Assembly: GCA_021613535.1 (NCBI GenBank)
Contig: CP075493.1
Coordinates: 7,688,001-7,752,000, forward strand
Source: Adineta vaga
Lineage: Eukaryota; Animalia; Rotifera
Length of the DNA stretch: 64,000 nucleotides
Direction of reading: 5' to 3'
The position numbers were made by a program, and so were the translations under genes. Below, in pieces: positions 1-12,380 of this stretch. The notes under the pieces are model-generated. The model saw nothing but the letters and a program-made list of their open reading frames with translations. It made no database searches and was not told the origin of the DNA. How positions within the stretch are numbered: position 1 is the stretch's first letter; every line of letters begins with the position of its first letter.

Positions 1-3000
1 GCAGGTGCTTCACATACGGCACAACGTGAAATATATGGTCGAATTTGTTCACGTTGAACAGGCATCATTGGCATTGGTTCTGTTGTTGATAAATAGTATG
101 TTAAGTCATTTGTTTGACCATAATAACAAACGTTTGTATGATCACAACGTAAATATGGTAATGCAGAGAATTTCTGAAGACATGAACCAGCCGAACCTAT
201 ACAAGAAAAAAGTATTCATATTCGTAATTCGATCGAAGATATTATTTACCAAGATCTTGATGATATCCATGATCATTTCCTTGCATCATGAGTAAACTGT
301 AACCATCCCAGAGTTTTACCATGCCAGATGGACAATCAGGTACTTGAGCGGATTGTGAATGACGTACAACCATAAAACCAGTTCGTTGAAGGCCAGGACC
401 AGCTGGACCGGGAGGACCGCTTGCACCTGAATTAAAAAGGAAAAAACCGGTGATTAAGAATGTATAGTTGAGAATTTCCTAGTTTTATACCTGGTGGACC
501 AGCAATACCGGCAATACCTGGAATACCTGGTGTACCCTAGATCGTAAAAGATCAACATAGCAAATACATAAATAAAATTCTTTAGTTACTTACACGTTCA
601 CCTTTAGGTCCAACATAACCGGGTAAACCTGGTTGACCTGGTTGCCCAGGTGGACCATTTTCTCCTCGTGGACCAGGTTGACCTATTCATATAAGTATTA
701 CTTAATAGATCAGATAAAAAAGATTTTATATACAAACCTGGCACTCCTTGAAGTCCTGGTAAACCTGTGGTGAATAAAGAAAAATGTATTGTGAAGTTCA
801 AAATTACAGTATTCTATTACCTGGTGCGCCCGGTAAACCTGATTCACCTTTCACACCTGGTTGACTAATGTATGGTTGTGCTTGAATACATTCACCTTTT
901 TGACCCATAGCACCTAGAATTTTGTACGATAAGATATAATTGTTATTTCAAAATGTCACTTCAATAGTTACCGGGTAAACCAGAAGGTCCGGGACGACCA
1001 TCAAAACCACGGTCACCTTTAAGTCCGGGAAGACCTAGATGTAAGAAAAAAACCAATAAGCTTTGACTGAATATTTATTTTATATGCAAATACCTGGATT
1101 GCCTGGGAATCCGCTATTTCCTAGAAAGAAAAAAAAACAACAATAATTATTCAGTTCTAATTCAAAAAAAGAATATTTCTACCTTTTTCTCCTGCAAAAC
1201 CAGGTTGACCTGAAATTTTTCGAAAAGTAAAAGGAACATGTGAAGTACAACTTTATCACAAGAAACAAACCTGGCATTCCAGCGACACCACGGTCACCTA
1301 TGAGGAAAATATATTAGCGTAAAAAAAGAATATAGATATTTTCTTAATTAGCATACCTGGAAGTCCTGGTAATCCATTTGCACCTGGGAATCCATCACGA
1401 CCTTTAGCACCGGGCATGCCTGGCATACCTGGAGAACCAGAAAATCCTTGAAAAAAAAGTTCGATATATTATATTCTTTAATGCATGGTTATTTTTAATA
1501 TTTACCATCTTTGCCTGGTAGACCTGGAGCACCTATAAATATCAAAGACGAAAAGATTAAGAAGTTACTTATCAAATGAAAAACTTTACCTTGTAAACCT
1601 GGAGCGCCTGGAAGACCTGGTAAACCGGTGTCACCTTTCTAATACATCGAGAAGAAATATATAGTTACACAAGCTTCAAAGTAGTTTGATCACTCACAGT
1701 GCCGAGGACGGGTACATTACAATCGCGGCCAGCAAGACCAGGTGTACCAGGGAAACCTGCAGTTCTAAAAAGAAAATATACAATAGTTGGATAAAAAATA
1801 TGTTTAAATTCGAAATTCATACCCTTTCTCTCCGGGAAGACCTGGCATGCCTGTTCAACAAATAAAAATTATATTTTGTTCGAATCTATTGTAAATATCT
1901 TACCATTGAGACCGCCTGGACCAGGTTCACCTTTCAATCCAGATGCTGCATAGCCTAAAAGAGCAGGATAATGGAATTAAATATTTCCTTTATCTTTTAA
2001 CACGGTTATTTACCTGGTTCACCCTTTTGACCTGGTGCACCGGGAAATCCTACAATAGAAAAACAAAATTATGCTATACTATTTTTGATTTTGATAATTT
2101 TTTACACACCATTATCTCCTGGAAGACCTGGTGGGCCGTTTAATCCAGGTGGACCTAGAGAAGATTGCATTTAAAAATATGTATTCATAAAAATAAATAT
2201 ACTACCATTTGAGCCTGGTAAGCCTGGTAAACCTGCATCACCTATTTAAGATAAAGACAAGTAGAAATAAGGTGATGACTGATATGTTTTTCATCATTTT
2301 CTCACCTTTAGCTCCTGGAAGTCCACTTGTACCGGGGAAGCCTGATGGGCCTGGGAGACCTGGTGCTCCTGGTAAACCTATATGAAAACAAAAGTTAGAA
2401 AAGTATGTTTTCAAAAAAAAATAACTTACCTGAGATACCTGCAGCACCTTTAGCTCCTGGGGCACCTAGATCATATGGAAAAAAAGAAATGAGATGACTG
2501 AGATTTAAAATGATTCTACCTGGATATCCGTTAAGACCACGATCACCTTTAAGACCTGGCATACCGGCACCACCATCACGACCTGGTAAACCTGCGTCAC
2601 CTTTAGCTCCCGGAAGACCTAATAGTTTGAAATATAAAGAACAAATCTAGAGAAGACTATTTATCTCTTACCATTCATGCCTGGTGGTCCGTTTAGACCT
2701 AAGAAACAAGATTGATGTTATATTTTTGAAAAGAGAATAGCAAAAGATGATTACCTGATGGACCTGATTCTCCTTTTTGACCTGGTAAACCGTTGAAGCC
2801 AAGATCACCTTTCAATCCAGGTTGACCTGGGAGACCAGGAGCGCCTAGAAATATAAATAGTTAGATATTGATATCCATTATTGACGTGTTTTTACCTGGA
2901 ATTCCACTAGGACCTGGTAAACCCTATGGAAAAAATCAAAGAGAAGTCAAATACATTTATCTCAGGATAAACAATTATTTACTCGTTCACCAGGTGCACC

Positions 3001-6000
3001 AGGAAATCCTGAAATATAAAAGAAAATGACGGGGTCATGTGAAGATTTTCTACTTACCGTTGCCGCCTGGTAAACCACGTTCGCCCGGTATACCTGAAAT
3101 ACCAGGTGGGCCAGGAAAACCCGGTTCACCGATAGCACCTTTGATACCTGTAATGTGAGAAGAATGTGAGTGATGTCGAAAACAATTTTTTTCTAATATT
3201 TACCTGTTAAACCAATAGCTCGTTCACCTTTCATGCCTGGGGCACCCGGAATTCCATCTTTGCCTGGTATTCCTGAAAGACCTGGGGCTCCTGGAATACC
3301 TGGTGGACCTCTGTAATAATGATTAACAGAAAGATAAGATGTTTAATTGTACATATATATCTCTTACCGTTCGCCTGGTGGACCACGTGATGCTGCAATT
3401 CCCTGTTTAAATATTGATTTTGGTTAACATTCACATATATTTACATTGATGAACTTACTGGTTCTCCTTTTTGACCTGGAAGACCTGATGTGCCGGGGAA
3501 GCCTCGATCACCACGTGCACCTGGAACACATGATGTGCATGATGGACCGGGTAGACCGGGTAGACCTGGAATTGAAATATCATATTGAGAAAAGACTCTT
3601 TCTCAAAATAAAAACTATTCATACCTCGATCTCCTTTGAAACCTGGACCTCCCTATAAAATTCCAAGAAAAAAATAAACAAAATGGCTAATATTTTATTG
3701 TCGATAACTCACTGGAAGACCTGGTAATCCACTTGATCCAGCCATACCTGGAAATCCTGGAACACCTTTTTCACCTTGTAAACCTGGTTGTCCGTTTATG
3801 CCTGGGTTGCCATTGAAGCCACGTTCACCTTTCATGCCTGGTAAACCTGGAACGCCGGGTAGACCGTTTGGTCCTCTATAACATAAAATCAAACAGTAGT
3901 ACAATTTATTCTATATTCAGTACACTTACGGTAATCCAGAGAAGCCTTTTTCGCCACCTAAACCTGGGGCACCTGGTGGTCCCATTGAACCGGGAAGACC
4001 TTTAGATGAAAAGAAATAACTCAATACCGTATTGAATGATTTCATTCTATGTACCTGGTAAACCTATAAAGGAGAAGAAGAAAATTTATCAAGATAGAAA
4101 AACTATTTTGAAAGAATTAACTTACCATCAACACCTGGAGTACCTGGTGCACCTATAAATAAGAAAAAGGAAAGAGTTTTTTCAACTCATAGATTTATGA
4201 ATAACTTACCTTGATCACCTTTTTGTCCACCGAAGCCTGGTTCACCTCGTTCACTATAGATTGAGCACAATAAATGACTTGAAATTTCAAAGTATCATAC
4301 ATACCCTTTCATACCCAATGGTCCTGGAAGTCCATTGACACCTGGTAAACCTGAGTCTCCTATAAATTAAGAAACAAAAGATAGATTAACAATATTGTTA
4401 CAATTTTGAAATATTTACCTTTCATGCCTGGTAATCCACTTTCACCAGCTGGGCCGGGTGCACCTATAAAAAGATATAATATCAACATATAATAATTCGT
4501 TTTCAGTTCGATTTAATTCATACCTGGGAAACCACGATCACCAGCTGGACCAATTGGACCTGGAGCTCCTACATTCAGGGATAAAAATTAAATATTCTGA
4601 TTAAATATATCTCTGCTTACCTGGAAAGCCTGGTCCGGGAAGACCTGGTTCACCTTTGCTACCTGTTAGAATTAAGTAGATAGTACTGCATATAGATTAT
4701 TCAAAAGAATATACCTGGAAGGCCTGGCATGCCTGGTGCGCCATCTAAAAAAGTAAACAATGTGAATAAAATAACTATCATAAATAAGCTGAATATTTAC
4801 CAAAACCCTTGGGTCCTGGTAGACCTGATGTTCCATCACGACCTGGTAGACCTGTATTGAGAGAAAAAAGACAATTATGTTCCTCGTTAATTTTGAAACG
4901 AGTAAACATACCTGGCTCACCACGGAAGCCTAAGAAAAAGTAAAAGAAATCGGAAGATTTTTTAAAATAAAAACTTAACTGTAGAACATACCTGTAATGC
5001 CTTTTGGTCCTGGAAGACCGGGCATGCCTGGTAGACCTGATTCACCTTTGATACCAGGTGAGCCTGGTAAACCTGGTAAGCCGCTTGGGCCCTATAAATA
5101 GTTTTAAATGTAATATATTTAAACATTTTCATAAAAGGAACTTACTGGATTGCCTGGGTTACCGGGTTGACCTGAAAAGCCACGATCACCTTTTTCACCT
5201 GGTGCGCCTGGCATTGATGCTAATCCTTGAGGACCCGATCGACCTGAAGATAGGTAACAAAAATAAAACTTAGTTAAATATATTCTTGATTCTTGCAATA
5301 GTGGTTTATACCTGGTTCTCCTTTTGCACCTGGTATACCTTGTGGACCAGGGATACCTGTGAAAAAACGAAAATGGTAGTTGCGAACAATTCAAAATTGA
5401 ATTGAACTCACCAACTGGACCTGGAATACCCTTTTCACCACGTTCTCCTGGAAGTGTTGCACCTGGTGGACCAATATCACCCATTGGACCTGGACTACCT
5501 GGTGGACCTGGTTGACCTGGATAACCAGCATCACCCTGTAGAGAGAAACATAGACATAATATATTGTTTGTCGATAGAATGCCTGCATTTATATACCTTA
5601 GCGCCAGCTAATCCAGCGGGACCTGGTTGACCATCACGGCCACTATAACCAGGTGCTCCTTAAAAAATAGAAGATTTTTAGGAAGAGCCATTAATTCAAT
5701 GAATTTTTACCTTTTTCTCCACGATCGCCCTTCAAACCGGGAAGACCTATATACAATCAAATATTGGATAAGCAATACGACGAAGAAAACAAAACTCTAT
5801 TTCTAACCTGGTGTTCCCTTTTCTCCGGACATTCCTTGTACTGTTCCAACACGAGCTGGTTCTCCCTATTGTAATCATATCTTTCATATCATCAACTTTA
5901 TTTTCAATAGGCATACTTTGTCTCCTTTAGTACCAGATGCACCATCGATACCATTGCGACCCTATGTTAAGAAACAAAAGTCATGTCAACAAATCAAAAA

Positions 6001-9000
6001 GTATTTCTTAAACATACGGGTGCACCAGCTTGACCAACAGTACCGGGATAACCTTGTGAACCAACATCACCTAAACAAGAACAGATTCAACTTTAGTTCA
6101 TTAATTAATGAATGAAATATGCAACATACCTCGATCACCCTTTTCTCCTGGAGTACCACGTTGACCAGGTGTGCCTTAATGGACAATAAATTTTTTGAAA
6201 AAAAAAGTTCTCTATAAAAAATAGATATTTCTATTTACCTGCTTCTCCTGGATAACCTGGTTCACCTTTACCACCTTTCAAGCCATCACGAGCACCACAA
6301 ACACCATCGAGACCTAGAAAAAGTATTTATTTCGGAAAAATTAAGTGAATTCTTTATTACAATTCAAACATACCTCGATCTCCTTTGTCTCCTTTCATAC
6401 CAGCAACACCTTGAAAGCCAGGTGCACCAGGGTTACCAGTTGGACCAATAGCTAGAAATTCATGGAAAGATAGTTTAAATTATTTAGCTTCATGAAGAAA
6501 TGCATACGTCCTTGTGGACCAGGTAAGCCACCAACAGCTGATGAATTGCCAGGGAGACCAGGAAGACCACGTAAACCACGTTCACCTATAGTATAAAAGA
6601 AAAGAATTGAATTGAAATGTAAACATATTAAATTTAACCTTTAGATCCTGGAAGACCAGATTGGCCAGGAAAACCGTCAATACCAGGTGGGCCAGCAATT
6701 GAGCGACCAGGGTCACCTATAATAATCAATTCAATGCATATATACGTGTATGTATATCAAAGAAATTATTATAATTACCTTTTGGACCTGGTTCACCTTT
6801 GGATCCACGATAACCTGAAAAAATGCCATTGAATGAATCTTACGCTAATCTCTTTCATCTCATCAACTAACCTTGTGGACCAGGAAATCCAGATGGACCG
6901 GGATCACCTAGAATGAAATGTTCATTTCTTGACATATTCTTTTCCTAAATTAAACAATTTACATACCAGGTCGTCCGTTATCTCCTCGATTTCCTTTGAT
7001 ACCGTCGCGGCCAGCTAGAAAAAGTAGAAGGAAAAAAAGTATGATTTATCTGAATAGAGTTAAATCAACTATAAAAAAACATACGTTGACCAGGACTACC
7101 AGGTGCTCCTTCGAAACCACGATCACCCTTTATACCTTGCGCGCCAGGTAAACCCTACGAAAATCATATTTATTAAATATTTATTTTATAGAAAATAATA
7201 CTTACTCCAGGGCCAGGAAATCCTGGTGAACCGGGTGGACCTTGAAGACAAATGTAATATTGAATATTTTATTCCTATATCATGTTCTTTCAATATTTAC
7301 CGCGTTCTCCTTTTGAACCCTAGAGAAGAAAAAAAAAGAAAAGCATTTAAGTCAATGTGCTGAAATATTAGTCTTTTATTTTAACTTACAGTTGGTCCTG
7401 CTTGTCCGGATGCTGTACCATCAGGTTGATCCTAGAGAAGAAAAATTATTTGTTCAAAAAATGTTGAACGAAATATTATACTTACAGGTAAACACATGCC
7501 GGGCATACCAGGGAAACCACGATCACCTGTACATAGAACAGATAGTTTCAATATTCATCGTAGAAGAAAATTAATTATATCAACCTTTTTCTCCTGGTAA
7601 TCCATTTTGACCAGCTCGTCCGGGACTGCCCTAAAATTTGATGGAAACAAAATTTGCAAACTCATTGTTTCATATTGAATAACACGTACAGATTGACCAG
7701 GATAACCAGGGCTACCACGATCTCTGAAAAAATGAATGCAAAAGATGAATATTGAATCGTTCATGAATGTAAAAAAAAGATTTTACCCAGGTTGTCCAGG
7801 AAAACCAGCTTGACCAGGTAAACCAGTGGGACCCTATTAAGAGAAAAGTATATAAGTAAAAGAAAGACAACAGACTAAAATACTTACGCGAGGTCCGACA
7901 GGGCCTGGTACACCTTTTTCACCAGTCATACCAGGTGGTCCAGCTGAGCCGGGAGCACCAGGGTAACCAATTTCACCAGGTTCACCTTTAGATCCCATAG
8001 CTCCCTATTATAAACAAACAATTAAAACTGGTTATGATACATTTCAATATTAAAACTTTCTACCTTTTGACCAGGAGCGCCAGCAATTGCCAATGGTACA
8101 TAACTATAATTACCTTGTGCTTCAGCAATATTTTGAGGCGTGTATGGAGCCGATGATCCCTGTATAGATTTTATCAATACAAACATAAGATGATATGTTT
8201 ATACGTACTGGCTCTCCTTTTTGACCTTTTTCGCCAGTGAATCCAGTACCAGCAGGACCTAAATATTTCGACGAAAAAATTGCACTTCAATAAAGTAATA
8301 TTGTCATCATACCTGGAAGACCTGAGTCACCACGATCACCTTTAGCACCCTAAAAAGTACCATTCGACTAGTAGTAGAACGTTTTTCTCTGAATACGACT
8401 TACTTCACGTCCAGGGAAACCAACAGTTCCGGGACCTCCAGGAATACCAGCATTACCGGGAGGGCCCTATTAATATATATAGAGATTATTACTAATCAAT
8501 AACTAAAAGATCTACAAAGACTTACAGCGCTGCCAGGAAGACCGGGATTACCTGGTGGACCCTAAAAATTCAGACATTATATATTCCTATAAATACAGAA
8601 GCTGTATTTTTTTCTTATTCATACGGTTTCGCCCTTGAATCCGGGTAAAGCTTGTGCGGGTTCACCTAATAAACATCAATGATGATGAAATTTTATTCAT
8701 TTAAAGTATTCATTCATACCTTTGGGACCTCGTTGTCCAGGAAGACCTAAAATATCAAACAGAAAAAAAATTAATGATTACAGAATATTATTATATAAAT
8801 TGTGTTGATTTACGGACCAGGTTCACCAGGACGACCGGGCTAAATAAACAAGAACACAAAATATATTTATTAAAATCAATAACAATTCATATATTGATCT
8901 TACTTGTCCATTAAAGCCTGGTCGACCAGCATCTCCCTAAAGAAAATATCAGAACATAGATTTTCATCTAGCAATCTTTTCTTTTCTTTACTCTTGATCC

Positions 9001-10323
9001 ATTGCATCCATCTCGGCCAGGTAAACCTTCTGGACCCTAGAAAAATAGAAAAATAAATGTATAAATTGGTATATATGATATTAATGTCAACTTACTCGTG
9101 GACCTGGAAGACCGGGTAAACCGGGATGGCCTAAGTAAAAAAGAAAAGAAATAGTTTACATAGAATCCAATACAATAACCAATGATTTTCCACATACCTG
9201 GCATACCGGGTTCACCGGATCGACCCTATTTATTTTAAAATAATATGATAAATGATTTGTTCTGTCAGTAAATTTATAACTACTTACTCTGTCACCTTTT
9301 TGACCGGGTAAACCTGGTAAACCGCGATCACCTTTTTCTCCTTTCATACCCTCAGGTCCTATGAAATAAGAATAAGAATGTATTTTATGACATTATCATA
9401 CGATTATCACATACCTTCAGGACCTGGAACACCATTTGATCCTCGTGAACCAGCAGGACCCATTGGACCAGCTGGACCCTATACATGTCGATGAGAAAAT
9501 GTATCATTGACTTCTTTCATTCATCTATATTTACTTGATCGCCTTTTTGTGCTATACAAAAGCATGGTTGATTACAGTTGTCACAAATTGTACCACTGCC
9601 ATTTCGATTTTTTGGTTGATATTGGGATGAGCCGTAGCCAGGTGCAAATGCATAGCCTGGTGGTGGTGTTACCGGGCTAGAATCTGGGTACTAAAATAAA
9701 AGAATAAATCAATCATTTTATATGTATACATCTATATGAAATAGATATGAATCTTTTGTCTCAGGGCATTTGTTCAATGATATAAAAAATAACAAAATAA
9801 TTAGTATGGATAGACAAGTCATTTGATCGTTCTTTTTCTTTCGACAATCGATTTGCATATGTGTTTTCTACTCATATATGATTTGTTTATATATATATAT
9901 ACATACAATAGTTGTATACTATTACAGTTTTGTTGTATGATAAAAATGATATTTATTGATGAACATACCCTTTGTTGCGCATTGCTTGTTTCAATGAAGA
10001 TGGAGAGAATAAGTACGATTAAAATGGAAGCATAATTTAGCCTAAAAAATAAAGAAAAATATTTTTCTTCATTATATAATTTTAATAATTCATCACATAT
10101 GGTGAATGTTTCCATCCTTCATTTATCTTTGCTCTCTGTGAGAAGAGAAGAGATTGATGTTTATGTATGTGTGTTTTCAAGGTAACAGAAGTTATCATTC
10201 GCTACTTTTTCTCTTGCTTAATGATGACTAGGAAGTAAATGTACATAATGATATATGTTTCTCTTGATGAATAATATTTCAGTGAACAATGACTAAAATA
10301 ATAACTTACGTCGAGATATACAT
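1..10323 (-). CDS. COL4A2: Type IV collagen alpha2-like chain (multi-exon; the NC1 3' end runs off the window start)
   Basis: Dozens of Gly-X-Y exons are separated by ~55-nt GT-AG introns. Exon 10310-10323 spliced to the exon ending near 10042 gives the signal peptide [26 protein letters not shown]. The 7S Cys motif is [17 protein letters not shown] (~9540-9590). NC1 at 1-390 reads [30 protein letters not shown]...[37 protein letters not shown]. The PMMPV spacing is alpha2-type. Confidence 0.92.
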
Positions 10324-12380
10324 GCTTAGCAATTTTTCTATTAATATTTAGGATTGCTAATATGTTACATGTAAGTTTTGATGAATAATGGATAAGATCA
10401 AAAGAATTTTGATATGAAATATATTTGTCGTCTTTGGATTCTCGTCCGTTGTATGATTTGTTTACTGTTTATAACAGAAATGATAAAGTCTTTTTCTTCT
10501 ATTGCTATCTTATGGTCCTATCATCAACAACGACAAGCAAAAAACGGCCTTAGAACCACTGCTGGTTACCATTGTGGTACCATAATTAATAATTCTCGAA
10601 TCATGTACAGGAAAGAAGGCGAAGGAGAAATAAGAGAAGAAGAAGAAGAATAAGAACTACTACGATAGATGTACAAGACGTCGGTAGAATTGTACAGAAG
10701 GGCGAGAGGAGACAGACAAACGTAGTGAAAGAACAGAAAAAGATAAGCCAAAGAATTACTATGTGATCTCAATAATCTATTAGCAGAAGGCAAAGGAGGG
10801 AAAACTGCCGAGGACGAACACGAACGGTATTACCGCGTATCGTCAACAACAACATTAACTAGAAGAGAAGAAAAAAAGAAATCCAACTAGTGATAAAGAT
10901 TACGATGCATAATTAGGAACAGCAACGACTTATTCATCTAGACGAACGACAAAATCCTCTCTACTACTGCTGCTGTTGTTGTTATTGTTATTAGCTTGTC
11001 TGATATAAACTTTGTCCTTCTGTTTATATCCTCAATCGTGCTCATCATTGTAAAATGTGAAAGATGATCTCTCATACTGTTTATCACTTATTCTCTTTGT
11101 TTTACCATTTTCATACCTATTGAAAAAAGAAAATATACATAAATGTCGATGGTAATCAAGTTATTATCATGTTCACATACTCTTCTGCTGTTGTTAGTAT
11201 TATCATGCAGTGAGAAAATCAGAATGTACACATACACAAGATATCTTTACATATTCTATGAGCAGAAAATATGAAAATAATGCTCAATGATAATTATCTT
11301 GTCTGTATCATATATTGGATAACATCGATGAGAAATACTTGCAAATGATTGATCAATAAAGAGAATACTTAGATAGATAGTGTATTTCAATAGTAAAATT
11401 ACTTCTCTGGAAACTTTGCACTCAAACACAGATTAATTGATATATCTTTTGTTTTTTTATCAAGGAAAGAAGAAAAACCTTGAGAACTTACCTTACAGTC
11501 CATCGAAGGGACGAAGTTGAAAATTTAGTTGATAGTTGCATTTTGAAGAATGTTTGCCTAGAGTCACGCGCGATCTTGCAGCGTCGGCGACGGACAATTA
11601 AAAGTTGTGTCCTGTCGTCGTCGTTTGGTCTACAATAGGAGAGTACAGACCGAACGCGAGAAAGCGCAGAAAAAAAATGCCACCGTCACAGAAACTGGAC
11701 TATTTTTTCTTTAGCACAATAATATCAACCATCTTACCACAATCATAGAAAAAAGGGAGATAGAGAGAGAGAAAAAGATGAGAGAGAGAAGATGACACTG
11801 AAATCCACCAACCAGAAGAACGCGGTTTTCTGTTCTATTCCGGCTGATGAGAGATGAATATTGACTATGTATAACTGCTTCTGTAGAATATGAAGACTGA
11901 TAACATACATAATCCTACATATACATAAGACTTTTTTTTTCTCTCACATAGAGACATTCGCCCCGCATAATTTGCTAGCATGATTATTATCGTCGAGTTT
12001 TCTCTTTACCCTTACCACTGTTGTTGTCGTCTCCTTCCAAAAAAAGACCAGAAAAAAATAGCAAAAAAAGACGAGAAAAAAAGGGGGGAAAGGAAAAATA
12101 CATGTTGGAAAAATCGAACTTGCTTTTTCGGGCGGGCTACTGTACTTTTATTACTACTTATGTTATTCACATATAAAACAGAACTGAACACGCTTTGTTT
12201 ATTTCTGATAACGTGTCAAAAACAAATTTTGTTAGATAATAATCATTCTTTTTTTTCATTCATTAATATGGTAAGATCGAATCTTTTTTAATGAACTTTC
12301 TTTTTAATATTTCAGATTAAATATATTTACAAAAAAATATATTTGTGTGCTCTGTTTGAGTTTGTGTTCGCACGCGTGCG
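10324..12380. promoter_or_regulatory. Divergent intergenic region: shared promoter and 5'UTRs of the two collagen IV genes
   Basis: It lies between the two divergent start codons. There is a candidate + strand 5'UTR intron at 12271-12316, a candidate - strand 5'UTR donor near 11491, and a GC/CpG-richer patch at ~11560-11670. TSSs cannot be determined. Confidence 0.6.

Noticed and set aside
9819-10115. ORF-track start METFTICDE for the alpha2-like collagen
   Set aside because: It reads through intron sequence. The acceptor at ~10043 plus exon 10310-10323 gives a proper signal peptide.
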